NCBI RefSeq assembly: GCF_000737315.1
Contig: NZ_JMCB01000017.1
Location: forward strand, 124,001-188,000
Direction of reading: 5' to 3'
Length of the DNA stretch: 64,000 nucleotides
Source: Hyalangium minutum
GTDB taxonomy: Bacteria > Myxococcota > Myxococcia > Myxococcales > Myxococcaceae
Shown in pieces: positions 56,222 to 64,000 of the stretch (its first letter is position 1; every line of letters begins with the position of its first letter). Both the position numbers and the translations under genes were made by a program. The notes below the pieces were generated by a model. That model was not told the origin of the DNA and ran no database searches. It saw only the letters and a list, made by a program, of their open reading frames with translations.

Positions 56222-57739
56222 TCAGGCGGCCCGCTGGGCCTGCTCCTTGGGCGCCTCGAGGGCGCTGGCCGGAGCCTCGGCCGGCTTGAAGCGCCCCTGG
56301 AGCAGGCTGGAGAGGCCCACGTACAGGAAGCCCGCCTGGAACAGGATGATGAAGGGCACCGAGGTGTAGATGCGCTTCTCGATGGCGAACCAGAGCGCAC
56401 CAGAGAAGTACGCGGCGAAGGCCAGCTCCACCAGGGGCATCAGTGTCTTGGCGCCCAGGTAGCTGCGCTTGACCTGCACCATCTTCTTGCCCTCGGCGCC
56501 CGTCTTGGGCGTGCGCGCGAAGCCGGACTGCTGGTTGAGCAGCGCCTCCAGCACGGCCTTGGCGTTGTTGATGGCCAGGCCGATGCCCAGGCTCATCAGG
56601 AACGGCAGGTACTTCAGCCGCTCCCAGCCGCGGATGCCCTGCTCGCGCTGGGTGGCCACGTAGAAGACGCACACGCTGGCCGTGGCGGTGATGAAGAAGG
56701 GCAAGTCGAGGAACAGCGTGCCGTACAGGCCGTGGTGGAAGCGCACCACCATGGACAGCGGCATCAGCACCGACAGCAGCACCATCAACAGGTACGCCAT
56801 GTTGTTGGTGAGGTGGAAGAAGGCCTCGCGCTTCACCTCGAAGGGCAGGTCGCTTTTGAGGATGGTGGGCAGCAGCTTCTTCGCCGTCTGGATGGAGCCC
56901 TTGGCCCAGCGGTGCTGCTGGCTCTTGAAGGCGTTCATGTCCACCGGCACCTCGGCCGGGGAGATGACCTCGGGCAGGAAGATGAACTGCCAGCCCTTGA
57001 GCTGGGCGCGGTAGCTCAGGTCCAGGTCCTCGGTGAGCGTGTCGTGCTGCCAGCCGCCCGCGTCCTCAATGGTGTTGCGGCGCCAGATGCCCGCGGTGCC
57101 GTTGAAGTTGAAGAAGCACCCGGAGCGGTTGCGGGCGGTGTGCTCGATGATGAAGTGCCCATCCAGAAAGATGCTCTGGGCCTGGGTGAGGATGGAGAAC
57201 TCGCGGTTGAGGTGGCCCCAGCGCACCTGCACCATGCCCACCTTGCTGTCCGCGAAGAACGGCACCGTGCGCTGCAGGAAGTCGGGGGCGGGCACGAAGT
57301 CCGCGTCGAACACCGCGACGAACTCGCCGCTGGCCAGCTTCAGCCCGTTCTCCAGCGCACCCGCCTTGAAGCCCTGGCGGTTGGTCCGGTGGATGTAGAC
57401 GATGTTGATGCCCTTCTGCCGGTGGCGCTCCACGCAGGCGCGCGCAATGCCGCACGTCTCGTCCGTGGAGTCATCCAACACCTGGATCTCCAGCAGCTCG
57501 CGCGGGTACTCGATGCGGGCCACGGACTCCACCAACCGCTCGACCACGTACATCTCATTGAAGATGGGCAGCTGGATGGTGACGCGCGGCAGTGCGGGCA
57601 GCACACCCTTGGGCGTGGGCAGCTTGAACTTGTGACGGTAGTACAGGTACGCCATCCGGTAGCGGTGCGAGCCGTACACGGCCAGCACACACAGGACGGC
57701 GAAATACACGCCCAGGAAGATGATCTCGACAGTGGTCAT
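56222..57739 (-). CDS. Processive GT2 glycosyltransferase (cellulose-synthase-like, CslA/CslC-type)
   Basis: QLPIFNE, DDSTD, FKAGAL, FDADF, TEDLDL, QQHRW; flanking TM helices. Confidence 0.92.
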   Translation of the reverse strand: MTTVEIIFLGVYFAVLCVLAVYGSHRYRMAYLYYRHKFKLPTPKGVLPALPRVTIQLPIFNEMYVVERLVESVARIEYPRELLEIQVLDDSTDETCGIARACVERHRQKGINIVYIHRTNRQGFKAGALENGLKLASGEFVAVFDADFVPAPDFLQRTVPFFADSKVGMVQVRWGHLNREFSILTQAQSIFLDGHFIIEHTARNRSGCFFNFNGTAGIWRRNTIEDAGGWQHDTLTEDLDLSYRAQLKGWQFIFLPEVISPAEVPVDMNAFKSQQHRWAKGSIQTAKKLLPTILKSDLPFEVKREAFFHLTNNMAYLLMVLLSVLMPLSMVVRFHHGLYGTLFLDLPFFITATASVCVFYVATQREQGIRGWERLKYLPFLMSLGIGLAINNAKAVLEALLNQQSGFARTPKTGAEGKKMVQVKRSYLGAKTLMPLVELAFAAYFSGALWFAIEKRIYTSVPFIILFQAGFLYVGLSSLLQGRFKPAEAPASALEAPKEQAQRAA

Positions 57740-57904
57740 CGGTGACGCTCAGCCTCTACCGCGGGGGCTTCCTCGCGGTCCTTCTTCGCGCGGCGGCCTC
57801 AGAACTGCGCCCAGCCAGACCGCCGCTCCTTGGGTCCGACGAGCCCCCGCTCGTATCTACCCGAAAACACAGGGTTTTACCCCCGGGGCAGACAATGGCG
57901 CCGG

Positions 57905-57933
57905 ACAATAGGGAGGCGTCAAGTTCGTGTCAA
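57905..57933 (-). promoter_or_regulatory. Near-consensus sigma-70 promoter for the GT2 gene
   Basis: TTGACA-N17-TATTGT on the minus strand. Confidence 0.7.
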
Positions 57934-57976
57934 ACAAAACCCCTGACACACGCCGTCAAGGAGGGGTGGCTGTGTG

Positions 57977-58633
57977 TCAATGTGGACCGAGCGCCTGTCG
58001 CACGTCTTCATAAAGGGAGTCGGCGATGCGCTGGGCCTTGTCGCGCTCGGCCTCGTCGGAGACGGACCCTTCGAGGAGGATGCGCTGGCCGACCACGACG
58101 GCGCGAGCGGAGACGATCCCGTTGCGCTTCAAAGCAGTGTTGATCTGCTCGGCAGTGGTGGTGAGGGCGGCCTGGATGACCTGGGCATCCAAGCGCACCA
58201 GGATCGAGACATAAGAGAGGCCCGCGACGATGGAGCGCAGCCGGCGCATGTCCTGGAGCGACTCCACGTGGCCATCGATGACGACCTTGTCCCCGATGGT
58301 GCGCACCTCCAGCTCGGAGAAGCCGAGCGCCTTGAGCTCTCGGGCCAGTTCCTCGGCGCGAGGCGGCTCCACGATGAGGGTGCGCTGAAGCTGCTGCTGG
58401 TCGGTCCACACCGTAAGGGTGGTGCGGCCGGTGCTCTGGGCACTGATGAGGAGCTGCGACTTGCCCACGACCTTGACGTCCGCGACGTTGGGAGCGGCGA
58501 CGGCGACGCGGCGGAGGCCAGGGAAGTCGAGCACGCGCTGCTCGCCGGGAGAGAGCCGCACCGTGGGCTCCTCGGCCCAGGTGGGCAGAGCGGCGAGGAG
58601 CACGGGAAGGAGGAGCCAGCGGACGAGGCGCAT
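57977..58633 (-). CDS. Stand-alone CpaC/RcpA N-terminal (T2SS-T3SS_pil_N-like) plus BON domain protein, no secretin barrel
   Basis: Signal peptide; RRVAVAAPNVADV…LLISAQSTGRTTLTVW; ILLEGSV…DKAQRIA. Confidence 0.75.
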   Translation of the reverse strand: MRLVRWLLLPVLLAALPTWAEEPTVRLSPGEQRVLDFPGLRRVAVAAPNVADVKVVGKSQLLISAQSTGRTTLTVWTDQQQLQRTLIVEPPRAEELARELKALGFSELEVRTIGDKVVIDGHVESLQDMRRLRSIVAGLSYVSILVRLDAQVIQAALTTTAEQINTALKRNGIVSARAVVVGQRILLEGSVSDEAERDKAQRIADSLYEDVRQALGPH

Positions 58634-58724
58634 GCCGGGGAGTGTAGCGCTCTTGCCGAGACCTCCGGGAGGCATGCCCCGTCGTAGGATGGGCCTCCAT
58701 TCACTCCACACCTGAGCCGACACC

Positions 58725-59264
58725 ATGACCATCGAGACAGTCTCTTCGCGGGAGGTGTATCGCAACCGGTGGATGACCGTGCGCGAGGACGCGATCCGCA
58801 GGCAGGACGGCTCGAGCGGCATCTACGGAGTCGTCGAGAAGCCCGACTTCGCGCTCGTCATCCCGTACGAGAGCGGCACTTTCTACCTGGTGGAGCAGTA
58901 CCGGTACCCGGTGAAGGGGCGCTACCTGGAGTTCCCGCAGGGCACCTGGGAGGAAAAGGCGGACGCGGCGCCCGAGACCGTGGCGGCGGGAGAGCTCCAG
59001 GAAGAGACGGGGCTGGTGGCGGGGCGGATGACGTACCTCGGGCACCTCTTCAACGCCCCGGGCTACTCCACGCAGGGGATGCACGTGTTCCTGGCGGAGG
59101 AGCTGTCCCAGGGGGCGCAGAGCCTGTCGCCCGAGGAGAGTGACCTGGTGGTGAGCCGGGTCACGGTGGAGGACTTCGAGGCGCTGGTCCTCCAGGGACG
59201 CATCAAGGATGCGTCCACCCTCTCGGCCTACAGCCTGCTGCGCATGAAGAAGCGCCTGCCCTGA
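58725..59264 (+). CDS. NUDIX hydrolase (ADP-ribose pyrophosphatase-like)
   Basis: VEQYRYP, EFPQG…GELQEETG Nudix box. Confidence 0.9.
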   Translation: MTIETVSSREVYRNRWMTVREDAIRRQDGSSGIYGVVEKPDFALVIPYESGTFYLVEQYRYPVKGRYLEFPQGTWEEKADAAPETVAAGELQEETGLVAGRMTYLGHLFNAPGYSTQGMHVFLAEELSQGAQSLSPEESDLVVSRVTVEDFEALVLQGRIKDASTLSAYSLLRMKKRLP

Positions 59265-59269
59265 GCTGC

Positions 59270-61990
59270 TCAGCTGGTGGCGCGCTGAACGCTGCCCGTG
59301 CTCGCCGCCGTGGCCACCGAGGCCTGGGGCCGGTAGCCAAGCAGCCGCAGTCCGTTGAAGACCACGACGAGCGTGCTGCCCTCGTGGAAGATCACGGCCT
59401 GGCTGATCTGAGTGAGTCCGAACACCGTGGCGATGATCAGCAACGCGCTGACCCCGAGCGAGATCACCAGGTTCTGCTTCATGACCGCGGTCGCCTTGTC
59501 TGCGAGCGTCAAGGCGAAGGGCAGCCGGGACAAATCGTCACTCATCAGCACCACGTCCGCCGTCTCGAGCGCTGCGTCCGAGCCCGCGCCACCCATCGCC
59601 ACGCCCACGGCAGCGGCGGCAAGCGCGGGGGCATCGTTCACACCGTCACCGACCATCGCCACCGCGTGCTTCTTGCCCATCTCCCGGACGGCCGTGACCT
59701 TGTCGGCCGGCATCAGCGGAGCGCGCGCCTCGTCGATGCCCACCTGAGCGGCGATCGCCTTGGCCACCCGGGCGTTGTCACCGGAGAGCATCACCGTCTG
59801 CGCGATGCCGATCTGCTTGAGGGTCTGGATGACGTGGTGCGCGCCGCTGCGAACGGTGTCCGCGACGCCAATCACCCCGAGGAACTGCCCGGCCCTGCGC
59901 ACCACCATCGTGGTCTGCCCGGCCTCCTCGAGCTTCTGCACCTCCGCGTTGAGCTCCGCCGGGAACGTCTGGCCCTCGAACAGCGCCAGGTTGCCGACCT
60001 CGACGGCCTCCTCGCCGATCTTCGCGCGGATGCCCTTGCCGTGGATGGCCTCGCAGTCCTTACCCGCGGGGGCCTGGACTTTGTGCTCGGTGGCGGCATC
60101 CACCACCGCGCGAGCCAGCGGGTGCGCGGAGAGAGACTCGACCGCCGCGGCGGTGCCGAGCAGCTCATCGCGAGAGACACCGGCCACCGGAGCAATGGTC
60201 AGCACCTTGGGACGGCCCACCGTGAGCGTGCCCGTCTTGTCGAAAGCAATGGCCCGGATGCCGCCGAGCAGCTCCAGGTAGATGCCGCCCTTGACGAGCA
60301 CCCCGCCCCGGGCCGCCGCCGCGACCGCGGACAGCACCGCGGAGGGCGTGGAGATGGCCAGGGCGCATGGAGACGCGGCGACGAGCAGCGACACTGCCCG
60401 CAGGATCGCCTCCTTGAACGGATAGCCGAGCACCACGAGCACCACCGGGAACACGATGGCCGCGATCATCACCAGCGGAGCGAAGGTCCGCTCCATGCGC
60501 TGAGCAAAGCGCTGGTTGGGACCCTTCTGGGCCTCGGCCTGAGCGACCATGTCCACCACGCGGGCGAGCACGGACTCCGAGGACAGGTGCGTCACCTCGA
60601 TCTCCAGCGCGGCCTCACTGTTGATGGTGCCAGAGAACACGTTGTCCCCCGGCTTCTTGGGCACCGGAATGGACTCACCGGTGATGGCGGCCTCTTCGAG
60701 CGAGCTCTTGCCCTCGCGGATGATGCCGTCGAGCGGGACGCGATCGCCGGGGCGCACGACGATCATCTCGCCGCGCTGCACCTTGTCCACGGGGACCTCG
60801 ACCACCTCGTTTCCACGACGGACCCGGGCCACCTCGGGACGCAGAGCGCCCAGCGCCTCGATGGACCGGCGGGCGCGATCCATCGCGCGGTGCTCGAGCG
60901 CATGGCCAGCGCTGAAGAGGAAGAGCAGGAAGGCGCCCTCGAACCAGGCGCCGAGCACGGCCGCGCCAATGGCGGCCACGACCATCATGGTCTCGATGTC
61001 GATGCGCAGCTGAGCAATCGACTGGATGGAGCCGCGAATGGCGAAGAAACCACCGCTCGCCATGCTGAGGGCCCAGACGAGCGTCGGGACCAGGGCGGGC
61101 ACGGAGGCATAGCGCTCCAGGAGCCAGCCCGCGACGAGCAGGGCGCCCGAAGCCACCACCAGCGGCAGCTCGAGCAAGGGGGCCAGACCACCACCGTGCG
61201 CGTGGTGCGAGCAGGCATGGCCTGCCATGGGCACTTCGAGCCCGTACCGGAGCGCCTTGACCTTCGCCTCGATATCCCCGAGCGAGATCTCCTCGCTGTC
61301 GTACTCGATGACAAGGCGCTCGCTGGCGTAAGCGACGCTCGCGGAGAGGACACCCTTCATGTGGCTGACGGCGTGCTCGATCACCGCCGCCGCGTCGGCC
61401 GAGTCCATGCCGCGCACGAACCACGTGAAGTGCTTGTAGCGCTTGGCGACGACTCCGCCGGTCTTCTTGGCCAGCTCGAGCAGCTGAGACGCGCTCACCA
61501 GCTCGGGCTGGTAGTGAATGCAAACCTCGGCGTAGCCGTTGTCGCGCCGAAGGTGGACATCCTGGATGCCCTTCTGGGCCTCGAGGGCCTCCTCCAGCTT
61601 CTCGAAGCGGCCGACGTCATCCGTCTCGCCCGGCAGCGTGCCCTCCAGGTCGAGCTGGAGCGCGACGCCTCCGCCCTCCGCAGGCCGATGCCCGGGAGGA
61701 CGAATTCGCTTCGGCGGGTGGTGGTGATGACCATGGCCGTGACCATGATCGTGGTCATGGTTGCAGCTAGGACCATGAACATGCTCCTCGCCGTGGTCAT
61801 GGCCGTGGTGGTCATGGCCATGGTGGTCATGGCCATGGTGGTCATGGCCGTGCGCATGACCATGGTCGTGATCATGGTCATGCTTACAGTCGGGGCCGTG
61901 CACGTGCTTCACGACAATCCCCTGGCCCGGCTTGGTGGCCGAGCCAGTGGAAAATCCCACCAGCTTCCCAAACTTCTTCGGCTCCGGCAT
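59270..61990 (-). CDS. P1B-4-type heavy-metal P-type ATPase with His-rich N-terminus
   Basis: TGES, SPC in the TM, DKTGTLT, HP, GDGVND, HEGST. Confidence 0.93.
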   Translation of the reverse strand: MPEPKKFGKLVGFSTGSATKPGQGIVVKHVHGPDCKHDHDHDHGHAHGHDHHGHDHHGHDHHGHDHGEEHVHGPSCNHDHDHGHGHGHHHHPPKRIRPPGHRPAEGGGVALQLDLEGTLPGETDDVGRFEKLEEALEAQKGIQDVHLRRDNGYAEVCIHYQPELVSASQLLELAKKTGGVVAKRYKHFTWFVRGMDSADAAAVIEHAVSHMKGVLSASVAYASERLVIEYDSEEISLGDIEAKVKALRYGLEVPMAGHACSHHAHGGGLAPLLELPLVVASGALLVAGWLLERYASVPALVPTLVWALSMASGGFFAIRGSIQSIAQLRIDIETMMVVAAIGAAVLGAWFEGAFLLFLFSAGHALEHRAMDRARRSIEALGALRPEVARVRRGNEVVEVPVDKVQRGEMIVVRPGDRVPLDGIIREGKSSLEEAAITGESIPVPKKPGDNVFSGTINSEAALEIEVTHLSSESVLARVVDMVAQAEAQKGPNQRFAQRMERTFAPLVMIAAIVFPVVLVVLGYPFKEAILRAVSLLVAASPCALAISTPSAVLSAVAAAARGGVLVKGGIYLELLGGIRAIAFDKTGTLTVGRPKVLTIAPVAGVSRDELLGTAAAVESLSAHPLARAVVDAATEHKVQAPAGKDCEAIHGKGIRAKIGEEAVEVGNLALFEGQTFPAELNAEVQKLEEAGQTTMVVRRAGQFLGVIGVADTVRSGAHHVIQTLKQIGIAQTVMLSGDNARVAKAIAAQVGIDEARAPLMPADKVTAVREMGKKHAVAMVGDGVNDAPALAAAAVGVAMGGAGSDAALETADVVLMSDDLSRLPFALTLADKATAVMKQNLVISLGVSALLIIATVFGLTQISQAVIFHEGSTLVVVFNGLRLLGYRPQASVATAASTGSVQRATS

Positions 61991-62009
61991 GGCACTTCCT
62001 ACTGGCTAG

Positions 62010-62990
62010 TTAGTGGCGATGACCGCCGTGCTTCCGAGCGGGAGGAGTCGCGGCAGCCACGGGCTCGGGCTCGTGGTGCTCCTCTTCCTCCTCGTCGTGG
62101 TGATCGTCGTCATGCTCCTCGGGGATAGGCTGGGTGAACTTCTGCCCCGCCACCTCGAGCGTGAAGGCCTTGCACTCGGCAGGCACGTCGAACTCGAGCA
62201 CCGCCGGCAGGCGTCCCTCGTAGCTCTTGAGCACCTTGCCCTGCTCGTCCGTGACGGTGCCGCCAGCAGCGACGGTCATCGTCTCGTCCACGAGCACCGC
62301 CACCAGCTCGGCCATCTCCTCCATCCGATCCGCGATGCGGTGGCACCACAGGTGCCCCACTCCCGGGTACGTGACGTGGGAGACCTTCTCCATCTGCTCC
62401 TCGTCCACCTGGTCGCCCACGCCCACGAACACGAAGTTCATGCGCGGCAGGCGGCCCGCGGAGATCTCCTTGGCCACCTGCGTGGCATAAGCCATCACGT
62501 CGTTGGGGTCGGAGATCTGCGAGTCGGTGATGATCACCGCCAGCCCGCGCTTGGCGCCCGCCCCCACCTGCTGCTTGATGTGAGCGACGAAGTCGCGCAG
62601 CACCGGCAGCATGATGGTGGCCTTGCCGTAGAACTTCGGTCCCGGGAACCGGTAGCCCTTCGCCTGAGGTCCGGTGAGGTCACCCACCACCTCGAGCTGG
62701 GCACCGTCGCCCGTGGCCCAGTACGCCACGCGCACCGCGCCATCGCGGTCCTTGTTGGCCAGGTACTCGAGCATCCACTGCATCTGGGGCTCGACCAGGT
62801 TCTTCACCGGCGCCAGCTTGGCGAGGATGCCGCGAGGGCCGTACTCGTCCTCCATGCTGGCCGAGCCGTCCATGTAGAGGGCCACATCGAGCCCTTCCAC
62901 GGTCGGATCATGCAGCAGCGTGGCGACGACCGTGTTGCCCTTGCGGTGGACGTCGGAGAACGGTCGAACGATGACTTCGTGGCCAGCCAT
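62010..62990 (-). CDS. vWA-domain protein (TerF-associated type) with His/acidic C-terminal tail
   Basis: DGSAS MIDAS, ITD, FVFVGVG; tail EEHDDDHHDEEEEEHHE. Confidence 0.7.
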   Translation of the reverse strand: MAGHEVIVRPFSDVHRKGNTVVATLLHDPTVEGLDVALYMDGSASMEDEYGPRGILAKLAPVKNLVEPQMQWMLEYLANKDRDGAVRVAYWATGDGAQLEVVGDLTGPQAKGYRFPGPKFYGKATIMLPVLRDFVAHIKQQVGAGAKRGLAVIITDSQISDPNDVMAYATQVAKEISAGRLPRMNFVFVGVGDQVDEEQMEKVSHVTYPGVGHLWCHRIADRMEEMAELVAVLVDETMTVAAGGTVTDEQGKVLKSYEGRLPAVLEFDVPAECKAFTLEVAGQKFTQPIPEEHDDDHHDEEEEEHHEPEPVAAATPPARKHGGHRH

Positions 62991-63931
62991 CAGTGGTGAT
63001 CCTCGTCTTCGTCCTCGTCGTGGTGCTCTTCATCCGGCAGCGGCTGGGTGTAGCGCTGGCCGTTGACCTCGAGCGTGAAGCTCTTGGCGCCCTCGGGCAC
63101 GTCGAACTCGAGCACCGCGGGCAGGCGGCCCTCGTAGCTCTTCAGCACCTTGCCCTTGTCGTCGTAGATGGTGCCGCCCGCGGCCACCGTCATGTTCTCG
63201 TCCACGAGCACCGCGACCAGCTCGGCGACCTGGTTGATCTCCTTGGCGATGCGGTGGCACCACAGGTGGCCCACGCCCTTGTACTCGGTGTGGGCGATCT
63301 CCTCGAGCTGGTGCTCGTCCACGTCGTCACCGACGCCCACGAGCACGAAGTTGAGCCGAGGCAGGCGGCCGGCGGCGATCTCCTTGGCCACCTCGGCCGA
63401 GAAGATCTGCACTTCGTCCGCGTCGCTCAGGCGGCCATCCGTGACGACGACGGCGCAGCCGCGCTTGGCGCCTTCGGGGACCTGGGCCTTGAGGTAGCTC
63501 ACGTAGTCCTTGAGCGCCGGCGTGAGGCACGTGTTGTTGCCGAGCTTCTTGGCGCCGGGGAACTTGTACTGCTTGACGTCCAAGCCCTTCAGCTCGCCGA
63601 TCACCTCGATGTCCTTGCCGGTGGCGCCGCAGGCCCAGTAGGCCACGCGCAGCAAGCCGTTGCGATCCTTGGTGGCCAGGTACTCGAGCATCCACTGCAC
63701 CTGGGGCTCCACCTGGTTCGACGCCTCCTTCAGAGGCGCGCTGCGGAGCCACTCCAGAAAGCTGCGGGTGGGGCGCTTGTACTCGTACTCCTCGCGCATG
63801 CTGCCCGAAGCGTCCATGTAGATGGCCATGTCGAGGCCTTCCACGGTCGGATCGTGCAGGAGCACCGCGCGGACCCGATCCCCCTCACGATGGAGATCCG
63901 AAAACGGCTCTACCGGCTTCTCGTGTCCCAT
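62990..63931 (-). CDS. Paralogous vWA-domain protein with His/acidic tail
   Basis: DASGS MIDAS, VTDG, FVLVGVG; tail EEHHDEDEDEDHH; 1-nt overlap with the next gene. Confidence 0.7.
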   Translation of the reverse strand: MGHEKPVEPFSDLHREGDRVRAVLLHDPTVEGLDMAIYMDASGSMREEYEYKRPTRSFLEWLRSAPLKEASNQVEPQVQWMLEYLATKDRNGLLRVAYWACGATGKDIEVIGELKGLDVKQYKFPGAKKLGNNTCLTPALKDYVSYLKAQVPEGAKRGCAVVVTDGRLSDADEVQIFSAEVAKEIAAGRLPRLNFVLVGVGDDVDEHQLEEIAHTEYKGVGHLWCHRIAKEINQVAELVAVLVDENMTVAAGGTIYDDKGKVLKSYEGRLPAVLEFDVPEGAKSFTLEVNGQRYTQPLPDEEHHDEDEDEDHH

Positions 63932-64000
63932 TGTTCCCCTTTCAGAAGTGGGCGAGACGGTAGCGCCCTCCAGCGGGGATCCGCAATGGGAGGCTCAGCT

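Noticed and set aside
58920-59030. Nudix box with G in place of the usual R (GELQEE)
   Set aside because: Catalytic glutamates are intact; I recall this variant in related Nudix proteins, so not treated as inactivation.
59384-62128. 914-aa plus-strand ORF, and similar long ORFs at 9809, 43227, 52200 and 56174
   Set aside because: High-GC shadow or alternative frames over well-supported genes; Arg/Gly/His-rich with no motifs.

Overview
High-GC myxobacterial chromosome segment (Cystobacterineae-like gene content). No rRNA, tRNA, CRISPR array, integrase or transposase was recognised. (1) 0.1-15 kb is a nucleoside/DNA-scavenging cluster: Tsx-like porin, pyrimidine-nucleoside phosphorylase, BMP-family ABC importer, PGM2-type phosphomutase, DksA/TraR protein, DeoC, and two exported ComEC-type metallo-beta-lactamase-fold proteins (one with an intact metal site, one degenerate) plus DUF3006. 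DeoC has an N-terminal extension resembling a microcompartment encapsulation peptide followed by a Cys cluster. (2) At 19.6-20.8 kb, two EutN/CcmL shell-vertex genes and a degenerate class II aldolase lie behind a GltJ/AgmX-like gene. Together with (1) this suggests a DNA-to-deoxyribose metabolosome pathway, the strongest candidate system here. (3) About 13 kb of accessory genes separate rnhA from rnpB: two orphan kinases, an esterase, a cyclase, an McrBC-like system, a VOC gene and a toxin-immunity pair. (4) The right half holds rnpB, CzcCBA-type efflux, an amidase, a toxin with an apparent beta-barrel anchor and an occluded ribosome-binding site, ftsY, an M1 peptidase, a GT2 synthase, a stand-alone CpaC-N/BON protein, and two His-tailed vWA genes upstream of a P1B-4 ATPase. 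Three putative polymorphic toxin-immunity pairs occur in the window. All family calls come from motifs read by eye, not from database searches. Several starts were moved from the ORF track.
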